53,643 bases of DNA, from NCBI GenBank assembly GCA_038320275.1, contig JBBQEB010000006.1, positions 1 to 53,643 on the forward strand. The letters are read 5' to 3'. Under the pieces are notes generated by a model. That model was not told the origin of the DNA. It was given only the letters and a program-made list of their open reading frames with translations, and did not search any database. A program made the position numbers and the translations under genes. Numbering within the stretch: the first letter of the stretch is position 1; each line of letters begins with the position of its first letter. This stretch comes from Myxococcales bacterium. Its GTDB lineage: Bacteria; Myxococcota; Myxococcia; Myxococcales; Anaeromyxobacteraceae. Shown one piece after another: positions 49,204-53,643 of the stretch.

Positions 49204-50679
49204 ATGAATCGCCTTGCTCTCCTCCTCGCCGCCTCGCTCGCGGCTCTGCCCTCCGCGTCGGCCCGCGCCGAGGGCGCCTCCGCCCGGCTGCCGCCGAAGC
49301 CGGGTCCGGTGCCCGACATCCCGTTTCAGAGCTTCAAGCTCGCGAACGGGCTCAACGTCATCCTCTCCGAGGACCACACCGCGCCCATCGTCGGCATCGA
49401 CGTGCACTACGACGTCGGCTCCAAGGACGAGAAGCCCGGCCGCACCGGCTTCGCGCATCTCTTCGAGCACCTCATGTTCCAGGGCACGGCGCACCTGCCC
49501 AAGGGGGAAGCCGACCGGCTCATCGAGAACGTGGGTGGCAGCTCGAACGGCGCCACTTCGCAGGACCAGACCACCTACTGGGAGCAGGTGCCCTCCAACG
49601 CGCTGGAGCAGGCGCTCTTCATCGAGTCGGAGCGGATGGGCTGGCTCCTCCCCACGCTCGACCAGGCGAAGCTCGACAATCAGCGCGAGGTGGTGAAGAA
49701 CGAGCGCCGGCAGAGCTACGAGATGCAGCCCTACGGCACCTCCTTCATCCGCCTGGAGGCGGAGCTGTGGGACCCGGACTTTCCGTACCACTGGATGCCC
49801 ATCGGCTCGCACGAGGACCTCTCCGCCGCGACGCTCACCGACGTGCGCGAGTTCTTCCACACCTGGTACGGGCCCAACAACGCCTCCATCGCCATCGCCG
49901 GCGACATCGACCTCCGCGAGGCGCGGCGCCTGGTGGAGAAGTGGTTCGGCGACATCCCGGCCTCGCCACCGCCCCCGCACCGCGAGCCGGTGCCGAAGCC
50001 GCTCACCGACGACAAGCACGTCGTCATGGACGACGACGTGGAGCTGCCGCGGGTCTATCTCGCCTGGCAGACCCCCAAATACCTCACCCAGGACGACGCC
50101 GCGCTCGACATGCTCGGCTCCATCCTGGCCGACGGCAAGAGCGCGCGGCTGGTGCGGCGGCTCGTCATGAACGAGCGCATCGCCCAGGGCGTCTCGGCGG
50201 GCCAGGGCTCCCAGAAGCTCGCCTCGTCGTTCGTGGTGGTCGCGACGCCCAAGCCCGGACAGCGGGTGGAGCGGCTCCTCGCCGAGATCGACGAGGAGAT
50301 CGGCAAGCTCGCCGCGGAGCCGCCCACCGAGGGCGAGCTGCAGCGGGCCGTGAACAAGGCCGAGTCGGGAGCGGTGTTCAGCCTCGAGCCGGTGGGCGGC
50401 TTCGGGGGCCGCGCCGCCACCCTCAACCGCTACTACTACGCGGCTGGGGATCCCGGCTTCTTCCCGAAGGACATCGCGCGCTACCGCAAGGTGAGCGCCG
50501 CCGACGTGCAAGCGGTCGCCGCGAAGTACCTGCGCAGGGACGCCCGGGTCGTCCTCACGGTGATGCCGCGCAGGCGAGCCGCCCAGGCCGACGCGGACGC
50601 CGAGGGCGGCGACGCCCCTGCGCAGCCGCCCGCGAAGCCTCCCAGGTCCTCGAAGCCTTCCAGGAAGGTGGTGAAGTGA
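49204..50679 (+). CDS. M16 zinc metallopeptidase, catalytic subunit
   Basis: LANGL, VGSKDE..GRTGFAHLFEHLMF (HxxEH), VVKNERR; signal peptide. Confidence 0.93.
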   Translation: MNRLALLLAASLAALPSASARAEGASARLPPKPGPVPDIPFQSFKLANGLNVILSEDHTAPIVGIDVHYDVGSKDEKPGRTGFAHLFEHLMFQGTAHLPKGEADRLIENVGGSSNGATSQDQTTYWEQVPSNALEQALFIESERMGWLLPTLDQAKLDNQREVVKNERRQSYEMQPYGTSFIRLEAELWDPDFPYHWMPIGSHEDLSAATLTDVREFFHTWYGPNNASIAIAGDIDLREARRLVEKWFGDIPASPPPPHREPVPKPLTDDKHVVMDDDVELPRVYLAWQTPKYLTQDDAALDMLGSILADGKSARLVRRLVMNERIAQGVSAGQGSQKLASSFVVVATPKPGQRVERLLAEIDEEIGKLAAEPPTEGELQRAVNKAESGAVFSLEPVGGFGGRAATLNRYYYAAGDPGFFPKDIARYRKVSAADVQAVAAKYLRRDARVVLTVMPRRRAAQADADAEGGDAPAQPPAKPPRSSKPSRKVVK

Positions 50680-52229
50680 TGCGATCCCGCGGCACGACGT
50701 TCGCGCTGGGCGCGCTGCTCGCCTCTTTCGCCGTGGCAGCCTGCGCTGGGACGCGCACGGCAAGCGCTCCGGGCACGCCGCCTTCGCAGGCCGCCACCGC
50801 CGCGACCGCGGGCTCGGCCCCGGCCGCCGATCGCTCCCAGGCCCCCCTGCCCGGGCCGGCTCCGGCGCTGAAGGTCCCGCCACAGCACCACTTCACCCTT
50901 GCGAACGGGCTCCGTGTCCGGCTGGTCGAGAACCACAAGCTCCCGGTGGTGGCGCTCAATTTGGTGGTGGACGCGGGAGCGGTTCACGACCCGCCCGCGA
51001 AGCCCGGGCTCGCCAGCTTCACCGCAGCGCTCCTCACCGAGGGGACGAAAACGCGCGACGCCACCCGCATCTCGGATGACCTGGGCTTCCTCGGCGCGAG
51101 CCTGGCGGCGGGCTCCGGCTTCGACTCGGCTTCGCTGTCCGGCTCGTCGCTGGTGGTCCACCTCGATGCGCTGCTCTCCATCTTCGCCGATGTGCTCGTG
51201 AACCCTTCCTTCCCGCAGGGCGACTTCGCGCGGGTGCAGGACGCGCGGCTCGTGTCCCTGGTGCAGCAGCGCGACGTGGCAGGCGCGGTGGCGGCCAAGG
51301 CCTTCGCGCGCCTGTACTGGGGCGGCCATCCCTACGGCCACTGGCTGATGGGTACGGAGACCTCGGTGAGGGCCATCGCGCGCGACGACCTCGTTCGCTT
51401 TCACGCGGAGCGCTGGAAGCCGGACGTGAGCGAGCTGGTGGTGGTGGGCGATGTCACGGAGGGCGCGCTGAGCGCCCGCCTGGAGAAGGCGCTCGCGGGC
51501 TGGACGGGAAAGGCAAGGCCCGATCCGGCGCCGGCCCCAGCCGCGCCTCCGGGATTGCAGACCGTGCTCATCGAGAAGCGCGGCGCGCCGCAGGCCTTCG
51601 TCATGCTGGGAATGCCGGGCCTCGAGCGGGCCTCGCCCGACTACGTCACGGCCGAGGTGGCGTTCCAGGTCCTCGGTGGCGGCTCCGCATCGCGCCTCTT
51701 CCGCAACCTCCGCGAGAAGCAGGGCTACACCTACGGTATCTATTCGCGAGGGGAGTCGCGCAAGCTGGGAGGAACGAGCTTCGTGGTGGGGAACGTCCGC
51801 GCGGATGCAGCCGGGCTCGCCATGAAGGCGCTCCTCGACGAGCTCGCGCTCATGGCCCGGGAGCCGGTGACGCCCGGCGAGCTTGCGGTGGCGCGCAACG
51901 CGCTCCTCCTCTCGCTGCCCGCCGAGTTCGCCAGCGTGGGCGGGATCGCCAGCAAGCTGGCCGCGGAGGTCGTGCACGGTCTCCCCGACGACTACTGGGA
52001 CCACTACGCCGCCGAGGTCGCCAAGGTGAGCGCCGCAGACGTGCAGCGCGTCGCGCGCAAGGTGCTCGACGCCTCGCGGCTCACCACGGTGATGGTCTGC
52101 GACATCGCGGCGGTGCGGCCCCAGCTCGAGGGGCTGCCGCTGGGGAAGATCGAGGTGCGCGGGGCCGGAGGTGCGGAGGGCGGGGCCGGGGGAACGCCAG
52201 GCGAGTCCCATCGCCCCCGTTCACCGTGA
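50679..52229 (+). CDS. M16 peptidase, non-catalytic subunit (lipoprotein)
   Basis: TGATG coupling; lipobox VAAC; LANGL; lacks HxxEH; SRLFRNLREKQGYTY. Confidence 0.9.
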   Translation: MRSRGTTFALGALLASFAVAACAGTRTASAPGTPPSQAATAATAGSAPAADRSQAPLPGPAPALKVPPQHHFTLANGLRVRLVENHKLPVVALNLVVDAGAVHDPPAKPGLASFTAALLTEGTKTRDATRISDDLGFLGASLAAGSGFDSASLSGSSLVVHLDALLSIFADVLVNPSFPQGDFARVQDARLVSLVQQRDVAGAVAAKAFARLYWGGHPYGHWLMGTETSVRAIARDDLVRFHAERWKPDVSELVVVGDVTEGALSARLEKALAGWTGKARPDPAPAPAAPPGLQTVLIEKRGAPQAFVMLGMPGLERASPDYVTAEVAFQVLGGGSASRLFRNLREKQGYTYGIYSRGESRKLGGTSFVVGNVRADAAGLAMKALLDELALMAREPVTPGELAVARNALLLSLPAEFASVGGIASKLAAEVVHGLPDDYWDHYAAEVAKVSAADVQRVARKVLDASRLTTVMVCDIAAVRPQLEGLPLGKIEVRGAGGAEGGAGGTPGESHRPRSP

Positions 52230-52324
52230 GTCGGCGTCGCCCGCTGGCCGGCCGGAGGGGCGCACGGGTCTCCCGCGAGCGAGTAGCCTGAACCCTTCGC
52301 GACCGCTCGCGGCTCCAAGGGATC

Positions 52325-53643
52325 GTGAGCTCGACCGTTCCCGAGAGGATCCCCCGACCGCGCCGCGCGTTCGCCTGGCTGCTGCTCCTCGCGCCCGCGC
52401 TGGCCGCGGGCGAGGACCTGCAGCTCGAACAGGCGATCCGCCAGGCATGGGCGAGCAATCGAGGGCTCCTCGCCGCGTCGCTGCAGGCGAAGGCCGCCGC
52501 GGACCAGGCCGCCTCGGCGGAGGCTGGGCGGCTCCCGACCCTCGCCCTCACGGCGCGCGCGGTCGGCACCGGCGAGCCGATGATGGCCTTCGGCCTCAAG
52601 CTCGACCAGCAGCGCATCACCGCTGCAGATTTCGCGCCGGATCGCCTGAACGACCCCGCCTTCGCGGTCGGCGTCGGCCTCGGCGCAACGCTCGTCCAGC
52701 CCATCTACGCCGGGGGGCGCATCAGCGCGGGGATCCGGGCAGCGGGGGCCCAGGCGGACGCCGAGGGCGCGAGCCTCGCCCGTCACCGCGACGAGCTGGC
52801 CCTCTCCGTGACGGAGGCCTACTTCGGCTCCATCGCGGCGGCTCAGGGCGTCGCCTTCGCCGAAGACGTCCTCGCCCACGGGCGCGAGACGGAACGCTTC
52901 GTCCGCGACCGCAACGCGCAGGGGCTCGCGCTCGACTCCGACCTCGCCAGGGCCGTTGCCTTCCGCGCCCAGGCCGAGGCGGACCGTGCGACCGCCGCGC
53001 AGCGCCTGGCTTCGGCGCGATCCGCCCTGGCGCTCCTCGCCGGCGAAGGCGCGAGGGCCGCCAGACTCTCCACGCCCATGGACATCGCGGCGGTCGGGCC
53101 ACCGACCCCCGGGGCCGCACCGGGCCTCCGCCCCGACCTGCGCGCGGGGCGGGCGCGCGCCGAGGCGGCCCGGGAGCTGGTGCGGGTCGAGCGCGGCAGC
53201 CTGCTTCCGCAGGTGTTCGCGCAGGCCTCCGTCGAGACGATGCGGCACGCGCTCGACGGGGGCGCAACGTGGTTCACGGGCGTGATCGGCGCGCGGTGGC
53301 AGCTCTCGATGCCGGATTGGCGAGCGTCGGCCGCGGCGGGCGCGCGGGCAGGCGCCGCGGATGCCGCCGCAGAGTGGCAGGAGAGTCAGGCGCGGCGCGA
53401 GGTCGAGGAGGCGGGGCGCGCGATCGAGACCGCTGGCGTGCTCGTCCGCTCCGCCGAGGAGGCCGTCACCGCCTCCTCGTCCGCCCGCGCGATGCGCGAG
53501 GCGCGCCACCGGGAAGGCCTTCTGCCGCTGACCGAAGTTCTCGACGCTGAGTCCGCGCTCGCCGGCGCCCGCGCCCTGCTCGTCCGCGGCCGCTTCGAGG
53601 CCCGCATCGCGCGCGCACGGCTCGAGCTCGCCACCGGCGCGCC
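52325..53643 (+). CDS. TolC family outer-membrane efflux protein, 3' truncated by the window
   Basis: Open frame from GTG 52325 to the window end (missing from the ORF track because no stop is reached): LQLEQAIRQA, RLPTLAL, QPIYAGG, VTEAYF, RPDL, LLPQV, EVLDAE, RLELATG. Confidence 0.88.
   Translation, partial: MSSTVPERIPRPRRAFAWLLLLAPALAAGEDLQLEQAIRQAWASNRGLLAASLQAKAAADQAASAEAGRLPTLALTARAVGTGEPMMAFGLKLDQQRITAADFAPDRLNDPAFAVGVGLGATLVQPIYAGGRISAGIRAAGAQADAEGASLARHRDELALSVTEAYFGSIAAAQGVAFAEDVLAHGRETERFVRDRNAQGLALDSDLARAVAFRAQAEADRATAAQRLASARSALALLAGEGARAARLSTPMDIAAVGPPTPGAAPGLRPDLRAGRARAEAARELVRVERGSLLPQVFAQASVETMRHALDGGATWFTGVIGARWQLSMPDWRASAAAGARAGAADAAAEWQESQARREVEEAGRAIETAGVLVRSAEEAVTASSSARAMREARHREGLLPLTEVLDAESALAGARALLVRGRFEARIARARLELATGA

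Noticed and set aside
45388..50679. Apparent giant fusions (45388..50679, 13588..16653, 1963..4905, 24948..27509, 37516..39687)
   Set aside because: Only the 3' portions are real genes; the upstream parts are stop-free overlaps of neighbouring genes

Overview
Very GC-rich, densely coding bacterial chromosome segment whose gene content and style suggest Myxococcota, Anaeromyxobacter-like (inference). About 46 CDSs, mostly housekeeping: thiolase (partial), YgiQ radical SAM, bioA/bioD, HtrA protease, thiE/thiD, dnaB, katE, metH, AmmeMemoRadiSam radical SAM enzyme, lolA, rimO, yajQ, rnj, UvrD/PcrA, AsmA, adenosine deaminase, glgC, an M16 peptidase pair and a TolC-family gene (partial). There are two intact toxin-antitoxin modules (Xre/RES and MNT/HEPN). 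I saw no rRNA, tRNA, CRISPR array or transposase, and no clearly novel multi-gene system. The most interesting signals are non-coding or degraded. (i) A 175-bp MITE-like element between thiE and the C26 hydrolase has perfect 16-bp terminal inverted repeats and CTAA/CTAG flanks, and can fold on the minus strand into one centred hairpin with tandem G.A pairs. (ii) DnaA-box-like 9-mers are phased at 11 bp upstream of dnaB. (iii) A decayed MNT-HEPN remnant sits next to the Xre/RES module. (iv) A 22-bp divergent intergenic region is centred on a palindromic -10-like element, and several genes look leaderless. (v) An SGNH esterase in the bio cluster may substitute for BioH. All products were called by eye from motifs, and start codons are estimates.
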